From positions 1,309 to 65,308 of the forward strand of contig REED01000076.1 in NCBI GenBank assembly GCA_007695225.1: a stretch of DNA of 64,000 bases, read 5' to 3'. This document shows, in pieces, positions 53,704-61,378 of this stretch (positions within the stretch are counted from its first letter, which is position 1; every line of letters begins with the position of its first letter). The notes under the pieces are model-generated. The model was not told where the DNA came from. It saw only the letters and a program-made list of their open reading frames with translations, and did no database searches. The position numbers were made by a program, and so were the translations under genes. This DNA comes from Gemmatimonadales bacterium. Lineage in GTDB: Bacteria > Gemmatimonadota > Gemmatimonadetes > Longimicrobiales > Gaopeijiaceae.

Positions 53704-55070
53704 CGGCCTCAAGCTGGAAGGGGGTGGCCCCCGCTTCCCTCCTGGGATTTTCCCTGGCTGTATCGAGCCAGGTGGCGGCGGGCCTCCTCCTGTATGGGGG
53801 GCCGGGGTTCATTCCGGCGTTGGCGGTGATCCTGGCGGTGGTCTTCCTTTCCTTGGGCGCAGGGTTGGCGGCCCCGCCCCCCCAGGGCACCGGTGAGCGG
53901 ATGATCGAGGAGGCCCGACGGCGTTGGCTGATCACCCTCCTGGCCTTCACCATGGCGGCGGCCTTTGCCGCCGGCTGGGAGATCTTCCGGGGCTTTGGCG
54001 CGCTGGGGATCACACAGGCCGTGGGCCTGGCGGTGCTGGGGGCTCTACCGGCCTATACCGGCGGCCGGACGCTGGGCATGCTGGCACACCTCTCCGGCCT
54101 GGAAGGCGCCCGGGGCCCGGCGTTCCCAGCGCTGGCGGGTGCCTCCGCAGGCGCATTGGTCCTGGCATACATCCTTTTTCCGACGCTATCCCCGACTGCG
54201 GTCATCCTTATCTGCCTCCTGGCCGTTTCTGCCGGCGCGCTGGTCCATGGGCTGGCCCTGGACGATGGAGTCCGGGTCGAACCCCTGGCGGGGTGGGAAG
54301 GGGGGGACGGACGGCTGGAAGTGGAGCGATGGATCCAGGCCTCGTCCCGGCAGATCCGGGTGGCGGTCCGTGAGGATGGACGGCTCAGGGTCCTCCGAAC
54401 GAGCGATGGGGCTCCGGTGCTCCCGGAGGAGCGAGCGGTAGAGGGAGATGTCCTCCGTTGGGGTCCGGCTCCAGGGCGGGTCCTGGCATTGGGGCTGGCG
54501 GCGGGGATGATGGGTGGGCGGTTGGCCGCCCCCCCCGGCGGGGTAGAACTCACCATCGTGGACCAGGCTCCGGAGCGGTTGGAGCGGTTGCTGCAGGCCC
54601 TGGAATGGGGAGAAGTGGACCGAGTTCGGCGGTTGGTCGCGGACCCGGGAGTGTTCCTTCAGCGAGGGGTCGGCCCGCTCGCGCCGGGGGGCGCGGATTG
54701 GATCGTGGTGGACGCCCTGGCCCTGGGTGCTACCGGGGCCTCGGCGCGCATCCCTCCCGGGGGGTTTCTTCGCCTGCGAGAACTCCTGAGCCCCAATGGG
54801 ATTCTCGTGGTTCTTCCCCTGGAGGAGGGCGAGGGGGCGGAGAGTCTCATGGAGCGGTTCCATGGGGCGGGGAAGGTTTTCGACCGGGCCGCGCTCTATC
54901 TGGGACCCCGGGGCGGAGAGGAAGTGGCAGGCGCCCCGCCCTCCGGGGGATGGCCTCGATTCCCCATGGCGCCAGGGGCCCGCAGGGGCTTTCTGGTGGC
55001 GGCGAGATCTCCTGGGATCGGTTGGCCTGAATCGGTGGAGGGATTCCTCCAGGTCCCCGTGGGGAGCTGA
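53700..55070 (+). CDS. membrane protein with a C-terminal spermidine-synthase-like (class I methyltransferase fold) domain
   Basis: The GTG at 53700 overlaps the flavin reductase stop (GTGA). The N-terminal 200 aa or so form about 6-7 TM helices. The C-terminus VLALGLAAGMMGGRL...ELTIVDQAPERLERL...ADWIVVDA...LLSPNGILVV follows the spermidine-synthase layout, but the Gly-rich loop is atypical. Assignment is from pattern only. Confidence 0.55.
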   Translation: MTASSWKGVAPASLLGFSLAVSSQVAAGLLLYGGPGFIPALAVILAVVFLSLGAGLAAPPPQGTGERMIEEARRRWLITLLAFTMAAAFAAGWEIFRGFGALGITQAVGLAVLGALPAYTGGRTLGMLAHLSGLEGARGPAFPALAGASAGALVLAYILFPTLSPTAVILICLLAVSAGALVHGLALDDGVRVEPLAGWEGGDGRLEVERWIQASSRQIRVAVREDGRLRVLRTSDGAPVLPEERAVEGDVLRWGPAPGRVLALGLAAGMMGGRLAAPPGGVELTIVDQAPERLERLLQALEWGEVDRVRRLVADPGVFLQRGVGPLAPGGADWIVVDALALGATGASARIPPGGFLRLRELLSPNGILVVLPLEEGEGAESLMERFHGAGKVFDRAALYLGPRGGEEVAGAPPSGGWPRFPMAPGARRGFLVAARSPGIGWPESVEGFLQVPVGS

Positions 55071-55078
55071 GGACTCCA

Positions 55079-57538
55079 GTGCGCCTCGTCCACCTCTCCG
55101 ACCTCCACCTGGGATTTCGGTCCTTTCCCCGCAGGGAACGGGGGTGGAACCTGCGGGAGCGGGATCTGGCCACCACCTTCCATCGGACCATTCAGGAGAT
55201 CGCCCGTCATGAGCCCGAGGTCGTCCTCCTCTCCGGAGACCTTTTCGACCATCCGGACCCACCGTCCACCGCGTTCCTCACGCTGTCCCGGGGACTCTCA
55301 ACCCTCCGCGGCCTTCTCCCACAGGTAACCGTGCTGGCCATCGCCGGGGAGCGGGATACCCCCTTCACACCCGCAGACCCGGGTCCTGTGGCGGTTGTGG
55401 ACGCGCTCCCGGGGGTGGAGGCGGCGGCAGGGGCCCCAAGGGCCGTCCATCTCCAGGAGCACCGGCTCCACGCCCTCCTGGTTCCGCACCGCGCCGTCCT
55501 CCGGCCTCCTTTTCCGGAACTCCGCCCGGACCCAGATGCCCGTTGGAATATCCTTCTCCTCCGGGGGACACCGGTGGGAAGGGAGAGGGGGGCGGAGGAG
55601 GACTGGGGGAACGCCGCATCCCTTTCCCGTCTCCCGCAGGTCGACCCGGAGGGATGGGACTACGTGGCCCTGGGGGGGGGGCACCGGCACCGTCTCTGGC
55701 GGAGGCACGTCTGGAGTGCCGGTTCCCTGGACCGGGTGGGTGGCAATCCATGGAGAGAGGCTACCGAGGAGAAGGGTTTCGTACTCTTTGACCTGGTCCG
55801 GGGCGAGGGCGAGTTCCATCCGGTCCCGGGGCGGCCCGTAGTGGATCTTGCCCCGGTCCGTTTGGATCCTCAGGCCCCGGAAGTGGGGGGACGGCGCCTC
55901 CGGGAGGTCCTGGAAGGAATCCCCGGGGGGATCGAGGGAAAGATCGTGCGGATCCGGCTGCAGGGCTCGGTGGATGCCCCTGCAGCGGCCCTTCCCCCGG
56001 GCCTCCTGCGGGCGGTGGAGCGGCGAGCAGCCCATCTCGATGTTCGGGTGGGGCCCGAGGAACCGGAAGCGCCCGAAGCTGGGAAGGCCGGCGGGGAAGG
56101 TGCTGCAACCGGTGTCCGATTGCAGTGGCAGGGAGGTGGAGAGGGCGCGGTGACCCTCGGTCCGGGTCTCTGGGCCCTGGTGGCCGAGGCGGGTGCCGAC
56201 CGAGCCCGGATGGTGGAGGCCCTGAGGGAACAGAACGGGGAGGCGCCCCCGGATCCGGGAGTCCGAGCGCCGAACCTACGTCTTCGACTGGAGGCGCCTG
56301 CTGCCATCCCCGCAGGGATGGCAGGGGCGGTTCCCGGGCAGGTGCAGCTCCTGGACGATGCCGCCGGCCTGTCCCACCTCCTTCGGAGGTTGCAGGACGA
56401 GGGTCAGCGTGGAGGCGATGCCCAGGAAGGATCCCGAGGTCCGGGTGGAGGTCCGGAGGCTGGACACATCTCCGAGGAGGGGGCCGGAAATCGGGGAGAG
56501 GAGAGAATGACGGGCGGGGATCCGAAGCTTCGCTTTCGACTACGGGAGGCCCGGGCCGACTGGGTGGAGGCCGCCGGAGATCTGGAGGCCCGGACCATGG
56601 AGTGGACTCGGGAACGCCAGGAGGCAGATACGCGTCTGCAAACCTACCGGGATCGGGCCCGGGAACTCCGGGGGCGGCTAACGGCCCTGGAGGCCCAGGG
56701 AGCACAGGCCGCCTGCCCAACCTGCGCCCGACCCCTGGCCGAGGCTCACCCCCATCTGGTCCAACTCCTCCAGGAGGAGTGGGAGACGGTGGTCCAGGAC
56801 GGGAAGTGGTGGAAGCGGAGGCGGGAGCAGTTGGAGAACCGACCCGAGGACCTCCGGGAGCTGGAACGGCAGACGCTTCGACTTCACGCCCGCGTGGAGA
56901 CCCTCTCCGAGGGCGGGGAGGAGGGGGAGGGTACAGAGGGCCGGCAGATCCACGGGCTCGCTCCTGAATCAGGCATCCAGGGGGAAGCCCCCGCGCAGGG
57001 GGGAGCCGCTCTTCCCTTCAGGGTGGACCGGACCTCTCTACGGGCCGCCGGAGAGTTCCTCCGCAGGATCTCGGAAGGGGAGATCCAGGGGCTGACACAG
57101 GAGGTGGACCCGGAGGTGGTTCAGGGGATGACCCCCGGAGACCCCGGTCTCCGTCTCCTCCGGGAGGGGGGCGAGGCGTCGCTTCCTGGCCCCGGTGAGG
57201 CCGCCTTCCTTGCCGCCGCGCTTCTCCTCGCCGGACTTCAGAGACCCGCACCCGTGCCGGGTGGGCGGAATCGGGTGGGGCTCATGACCGCTCTGTCGGG
57301 TGCAGAGGGCGATCTGCGCGCCGTGCGGACGCTGGAGGTCATGGCCGACGCGACCCTGCCGTGGCCCGTCCTCGTGGTGCTCCCTCCGGCCCTCCTCACT
57401 CGCTGTCCTGAACTCTTCCAGGGGACCGTGGAGCTCCTCCGGGATGATGACGGTAGGCTGCGTTTCCGTGCGTCACCCGGCGGGGTGGCATGGATCCATC
57501 TGCACCCCCTCCCCGAGGACTCCCTGGAAAGCTGTTGA
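55079..57538 (+). CDS. SbcD/Mre11-like phosphoesterase fused to an SbcC/Rad50-like coiled-coil/zinc-hook region (atypical, degenerate motifs)
   Basis: The GTG at 55079 has GAGGA 7 nt upstream. N-terminal motifs are LVHLSDLHLG, SGDLFDH and YVALGGGHRH. The mid and C-terminal part is a heptad-like Arg/Glu/Leu-rich region centred on CPTC, then LSGAEG. One uninterrupted frame of 819 aa with normal codon appearance. Confidence 0.6.
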   Translation: MRLVHLSDLHLGFRSFPRRERGWNLRERDLATTFHRTIQEIARHEPEVVLLSGDLFDHPDPPSTAFLTLSRGLSTLRGLLPQVTVLAIAGERDTPFTPADPGPVAVVDALPGVEAAAGAPRAVHLQEHRLHALLVPHRAVLRPPFPELRPDPDARWNILLLRGTPVGRERGAEEDWGNAASLSRLPQVDPEGWDYVALGGGHRHRLWRRHVWSAGSLDRVGGNPWREATEEKGFVLFDLVRGEGEFHPVPGRPVVDLAPVRLDPQAPEVGGRRLREVLEGIPGGIEGKIVRIRLQGSVDAPAAALPPGLLRAVERRAAHLDVRVGPEEPEAPEAGKAGGEGAATGVRLQWQGGGEGAVTLGPGLWALVAEAGADRARMVEALREQNGEAPPDPGVRAPNLRLRLEAPAAIPAGMAGAVPGQVQLLDDAAGLSHLLRRLQDEGQRGGDAQEGSRGPGGGPEAGHISEEGAGNRGEERMTGGDPKLRFRLREARADWVEAAGDLEARTMEWTRERQEADTRLQTYRDRARELRGRLTALEAQGAQAACPTCARPLAEAHPHLVQLLQEEWETVVQDGKWWKRRREQLENRPEDLRELERQTLRLHARVETLSEGGEEGEGTEGRQIHGLAPESGIQGEAPAQGGAALPFRVDRTSLRAAGEFLRRISEGEIQGLTQEVDPEVVQGMTPGDPGLRLLREGGEASLPGPGEAAFLAAALLLAGLQRPAPVPGGRNRVGLMTALSGAEGDLRAVRTLEVMADATLPWPVLVVLPPALLTRCPELFQGTVELLRDDDGRLRFRASPGGVAWIHLHPLPEDSLESC

Positions 57539-57589
57539 AGAAGTCGTGGGGAAGCCGCTGGGAGCGCCCTGTGCTTCCTCAACACCCTT

Positions 57590-59707
57590 CTAGCGGGGTG
57601 AGGGCTCCAGCTCCACCATCCCTCCCTCCGTGCTCCGGAGGCGCCATCCCGGTGGACACCAGGTGGTGGCGCTGTACTCCACCAGGACCGCCGGGCCCGA
57701 CATCCAGACGCCAGCGGGAAGCGCCTCCCGGGAGAGGAGGTGAGCAGCCACCACTTCGCCCCCCATGCGGATGGTTGCCTGGGCGGACTCCCGAGAAGGC
57801 GGAGCCGTACCGGACGCTTGGGCTCTCAAGGGGCCCGTTTCCGCTTCCTCTCCCTCCTGCGTGCCCCGTTGCCCGGCATCCTGCGCCCCCGCCCTGAGCC
57901 CCGCCTCTCCCGGGGCCTCCACTCCAGGAGCCTCCACCCTGACCCGGAGGGTCACCGCCTCCACCGGCTGCGTGGAACGTCGATAGCCGTAGCGCTCCTC
58001 GTGGGCCTGATGGAAGGACTCCTCCCACCCCTCTTCGGGAACGGTGAGCTCCCAACTCTGACCCAGGTAGCGGGCATCCACCTCACGGCGGCGCTGGAGA
58101 ATCGCTGGGGGGAAGCCCTCGTCCTCCAGCTCCCTTCGGGCCTCCGCCTCCATGCGGTCCATGGCCTCACCCAGGCGGGCGCCGTCCTCCATGACGTCGG
58201 AGCGGAGCAGGACGGTACGGGTCCGGTCCCGGACCACCGGCGCCGCCAGCATCCCCCAGGCCGAGGCCAGCCCCGGATCAGGGGGGAGGAGGACGCCCCG
58301 GGCACCAATCCGCTCCGACAACTCTGCGGCGTGAAGGCCCGCCGCTCCCCCGAAAGCCATGAGGTAGAGATCCGAGGGATCCACTCCCCGCTCCACGGAG
58401 ATCACCCGGAGGGCCCGCTCCATGGTGGCATTGGCCACCTGGATGATCCCTTCGGCAGCGTCGTCCGGTGTGGAGCCCACCTGGTCGGCCAGCGCGGCCA
58501 GCGGTTCCCGTATCGCCTCCCGGTCCAGGGCGCGGGTGCCGCCCAGGAACGCGGCGGGGGGGAGGCGTCCCAGCCAAACATGGGCATCGGTAACGGTGAC
58601 CTCGCGCCCTCCCCGTCCATAGCAGATGGGGCCGGGGTCGGCGCCGGCGCTGGCGGGACCCACCTGGAGGGCCCCTCCCGGGTCCACCCGGGCAATGGAA
58701 CCGCCTCCGGCACCCACGGTGTGGATGTCCACCAGGGGGATGGCCACGGGGAGCCCCCCCATTCGGCCCTCCCGGGTATGCAGAAGGCGGCCCGGGACGA
58801 GGGAGACATCCGTGGAGGTCCCGCCCATGTCGAAGGTGAGGAGTTGGGACCGGCGGTGGCGGGAACCCCGGATGAGGGCACCGATGACTCCCCCGGCAGG
58901 GCCGGACAGGACGGTGCGGACCGGTTCCTCCAGGGCAAGGCGGAGGGGCAGGGCTCCTCCTGCCGAGCCCATGATCCGGACCGCCTCCGCACCGGACTCC
59001 GCCTCGAGTCGCCGGAGGTAATGGGCCATTTTCGGGGCCACGTAGGCGTTCACCACCGTGGTGGCCGTCCGCTCGTACTCCCGGAACTCCGGGAGGATGC
59101 GGGAGGATAGGGCTACCGGGACTCTGAGCTCCGCCAGCGCCCGGCCCACCTCCTCCTCATGGCCGGGGTCGGCGTAGCTGTGGAGAAGGCACACGGCCAC
59201 CGCTTCCGCGTCGGCCAGACGTAGGGGGAGCCCTCGAAGCTCCTCGGGGTCCAGGGGCACGATCTCCTCCCCGTCGGGTCCCAGGCGCCCTCGGAGCCCC
59301 ACCCGGTCCTCCCGAGTCACCGGCGGAGGGGCGCGGTGCCCCACCAGGGCGTAGAGCTGCGGCCGGTCCTGGCGCCCGATCTCCACGACGTCCTCGAAGC
59401 CCTCGTTCGTCACCAGCATCACCCGAGCCCCCTTCCGTTCCAGGACCGCGTTGGTGGCCACGGTGGAACCATGGATGAGGAGGAAGGGGGGCCGGGTCTC
59501 CCTGGGCCCAAGGAAGCGACGGATCCCCTCCAGGACGCTGGCGGAGGGATCGTCCGGGGTGGAAGGGAGCTTCAGGGCGGTGAGGACGCCATCCCGGAGG
59601 AGGAGGAGGTCCGTGAAGGTTCCCCCCGTATCCACGGCCACCACCGGGAGCACGTCCCCGGGGCGGGAGGAGGCCTGCGTTGACTTCCCCTCTCCGGCGG
59701 CGGACAT
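57590..59707 (-). CDS. hydantoinase/oxoprolinase family protein (HyuA-type, A subunit)
   Basis: N-terminus VVAVDTGGTFTDLLLL with hydantoinase_A-like sequence throughout. Start chosen at ATG 59707 (MSAAGEG); alternatives are 59752 and 59779, and the latter would overlap the trpE start. Confidence 0.8.
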   Translation of the reverse strand: MSAAGEGKSTQASSRPGDVLPVVAVDTGGTFTDLLLLRDGVLTALKLPSTPDDPSASVLEGIRRFLGPRETRPPFLLIHGSTVATNAVLERKGARVMLVTNEGFEDVVEIGRQDRPQLYALVGHRAPPPVTREDRVGLRGRLGPDGEEIVPLDPEELRGLPLRLADAEAVAVCLLHSYADPGHEEEVGRALAELRVPVALSSRILPEFREYERTATTVVNAYVAPKMAHYLRRLEAESGAEAVRIMGSAGGALPLRLALEEPVRTVLSGPAGGVIGALIRGSRHRRSQLLTFDMGGTSTDVSLVPGRLLHTREGRMGGLPVAIPLVDIHTVGAGGGSIARVDPGGALQVGPASAGADPGPICYGRGGREVTVTDAHVWLGRLPPAAFLGGTRALDREAIREPLAALADQVGSTPDDAAEGIIQVANATMERALRVISVERGVDPSDLYLMAFGGAAGLHAAELSERIGARGVLLPPDPGLASAWGMLAAPVVRDRTRTVLLRSDVMEDGARLGEAMDRMEAEARRELEDEGFPPAILQRRREVDARYLGQSWELTVPEEGWEESFHQAHEERYGYRRSTQPVEAVTLRVRVEAPGVEAPGEAGLRAGAQDAGQRGTQEGEEAETGPLRAQASGTAPPSRESAQATIRMGGEVVAAHLLSREALPAGVWMSGPAVLVEYSATTWCPPGWRLRSTEGGMVELEPSPR

Positions 59708-59767
59708 TGCGACGCCTTCACTCCTGCCATCATTCCCTTTCTCCTTCGCCATCTGCGCAGATCCTCC

Positions 59768-61279
59768 ATGGAGTTTCAACCTTCCCCTTCCCGGTTCCGG
59801 GAGCTGGCCCGGGAATCCCGGGTGGTCCCGGTGTGCGGCGAGTTCCTATTTGACCTGGACACGGCTGTCACCGCTTACCACAAGCTGGCCCGGCCCCCCT
59901 TCGGTTTCCTCCTCGAGTCGGTGGTCGGAGGTGAAACCTGGGCCCGGTACACCTTCCTGGGAACCGATCCGGCCGCGGCGTGGCGCCTGGATGACGGTCG
60001 GGTCTCTTGGTGGACGCCGAAAGCGGGGTGGATTCCGGTGGAGACCGATGACCCCCTGGCGGACCTGGATCGCCGGCTCCGAGAGCGCACACCGGCGGAA
60101 ATCCCCGGACTTCCCCGTTTCTGGGGAGGAGCGGTAGGGTACTTCGGATACGACGTGGTGCGCCAGGTAGAGCGACTCCCCCATCCTCCCGGGGACGACC
60201 TGGGGCTCCCAGACGCGGTGGTGGTCTTCACCGATGTGGTGCTGGCCATCGACAACCTGCGGGGGCGGGCCATGGCCATCGCCGCCGTTCCCGTCTCGCC
60301 CGAGCTCGACGACGAGGCTCTCGATCTCCGCTACGAGGATGCGAAGAGCCGAATCCAGCAGATGGTGGCCCGCCTCCGGGATGAGTCGCCCCCGCTTCCC
60401 CTGACGTTGACAGCCGAGCCCGAGGGGGATCCTCCCTTCAGTAGCACCTTTGCCCAGGTCGACTTCGAGGCAGCGGTGGAGCGGGTTCGGCAATATATCC
60501 TGGCGGGAGATGCCTTCCAGGTGGTTTTGAGCCAGCGCCTCGAGATGGCACTGCGGGCTCGCCCTTTCGATCTATACCGGGCGCTCCGGACCCTGAATCC
60601 TTCCCCCTACCTCTATTTCCTGGAGATGGATGGGGTGACCCTCGTGGGATCCTCTCCCGAGGTCCTCACCCGAGTGGAAGAGGGGCGGGTCACCGTCCGT
60701 CCCATCGCCGGGACCCGTCCCCGGGGTTCTACGCCCGCACAGGACCGGGAGTTGGAGGAGGACCTGAAGGCGGACGAGAAGGAGTTGGCCGAACACCGGA
60801 TGCTGGTGGACCTGGGGCGCAATGACGTGGGAAGGGTGGCCCGCTACGGAACGGTCACCGTGCCCGACCTCATGGTGGTGGAACGCTATTCCCACGTCAT
60901 GCATCTGGTCTCCCAGGTGGAGGGGGAACTCCGGGAGGGGCTGTCCGCCATGGATGTCCTGCGGGCGTCTTTCCCAGCTGGGACCGTGTCCGGCGCCCCC
61001 AAGATCAGGGCCATGGAGATCATCGATGAGCTGGAACCGGTGCGGCGGGGCCCCTATGCCGGGGCGGTGGGCTACCTGGGGTATGGGGGGACGACCATGG
61101 ATACCGCCATCGCCATCCGTACCGTCCTGGTAGCCGGTGGAAGGGCCTATGTGCAGGCTGGCGCGGGGATCGTGGCGGACTCGGATCCTGAGCGGGAATA
61201 CGAGGAGACGCTGAACAAGGCCCGGGCCCTTCTCCGGGCGGCGGCCATGGTGGGGGAGGGATCCGGCGCCGGGGAGTGA
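59768..61279 (+). CDS. trpE: anthranilate synthase component I
   Basis: 503 aa. The N-terminal Trp-feedback region is VPVCGEFLFDLDTAVTAYHKL...FLLES. The chorismate-binding domain has LVGSSPE, GTVSGAPK and GPYAGAVGYLG. Confidence 0.93.
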   Translation: MEFQPSPSRFRELARESRVVPVCGEFLFDLDTAVTAYHKLARPPFGFLLESVVGGETWARYTFLGTDPAAAWRLDDGRVSWWTPKAGWIPVETDDPLADLDRRLRERTPAEIPGLPRFWGGAVGYFGYDVVRQVERLPHPPGDDLGLPDAVVVFTDVVLAIDNLRGRAMAIAAVPVSPELDDEALDLRYEDAKSRIQQMVARLRDESPPLPLTLTAEPEGDPPFSSTFAQVDFEAAVERVRQYILAGDAFQVVLSQRLEMALRARPFDLYRALRTLNPSPYLYFLEMDGVTLVGSSPEVLTRVEEGRVTVRPIAGTRPRGSTPAQDRELEEDLKADEKELAEHRMLVDLGRNDVGRVARYGTVTVPDLMVVERYSHVMHLVSQVEGELREGLSAMDVLRASFPAGTVSGAPKIRAMEIIDELEPVRRGPYAGAVGYLGYGGTTMDTAIAIRTVLVAGGRAYVQAGAGIVADSDPEREYEETLNKARALLRAAAMVGEGSGAGE

Positions 61280-61308
61280 GGCTTGTCCGTCCGGACCCGC
61301 CGGATCGC

Positions 61309-61378
61309 ACTTGCCGGTCAGTACTTGCCGGTCGGTACTTGCGGGTCAGGACTTGCGGGTCAGGACTTGCGGGTCAGG
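61309..61378. repeat. 14-bp tandem repeat, five copies
   Basis: ACTTGCCGGTCAGT, ACTTGCCGGTCGGT, then ACTTGCGGGTCAGG three times (61309, 61323, 61337, 61351, 61365). The last copy contains the stop codon (61374-61376, minus strand) of the M20 peptidase gene. The repeat begins 30 nt after the trpE stop. Confidence 0.9.

Noticed and set aside
61309-61378. The 14-nt repeats next to trpE as a TRAP-like (G/U)AG-repeat binding site or attenuator.
   Set aside because: The repeats are downstream of trpE, not in a leader. The triplet spacing is 14 nt rather than 2-3 nt, and no attenuator hairpins are present.
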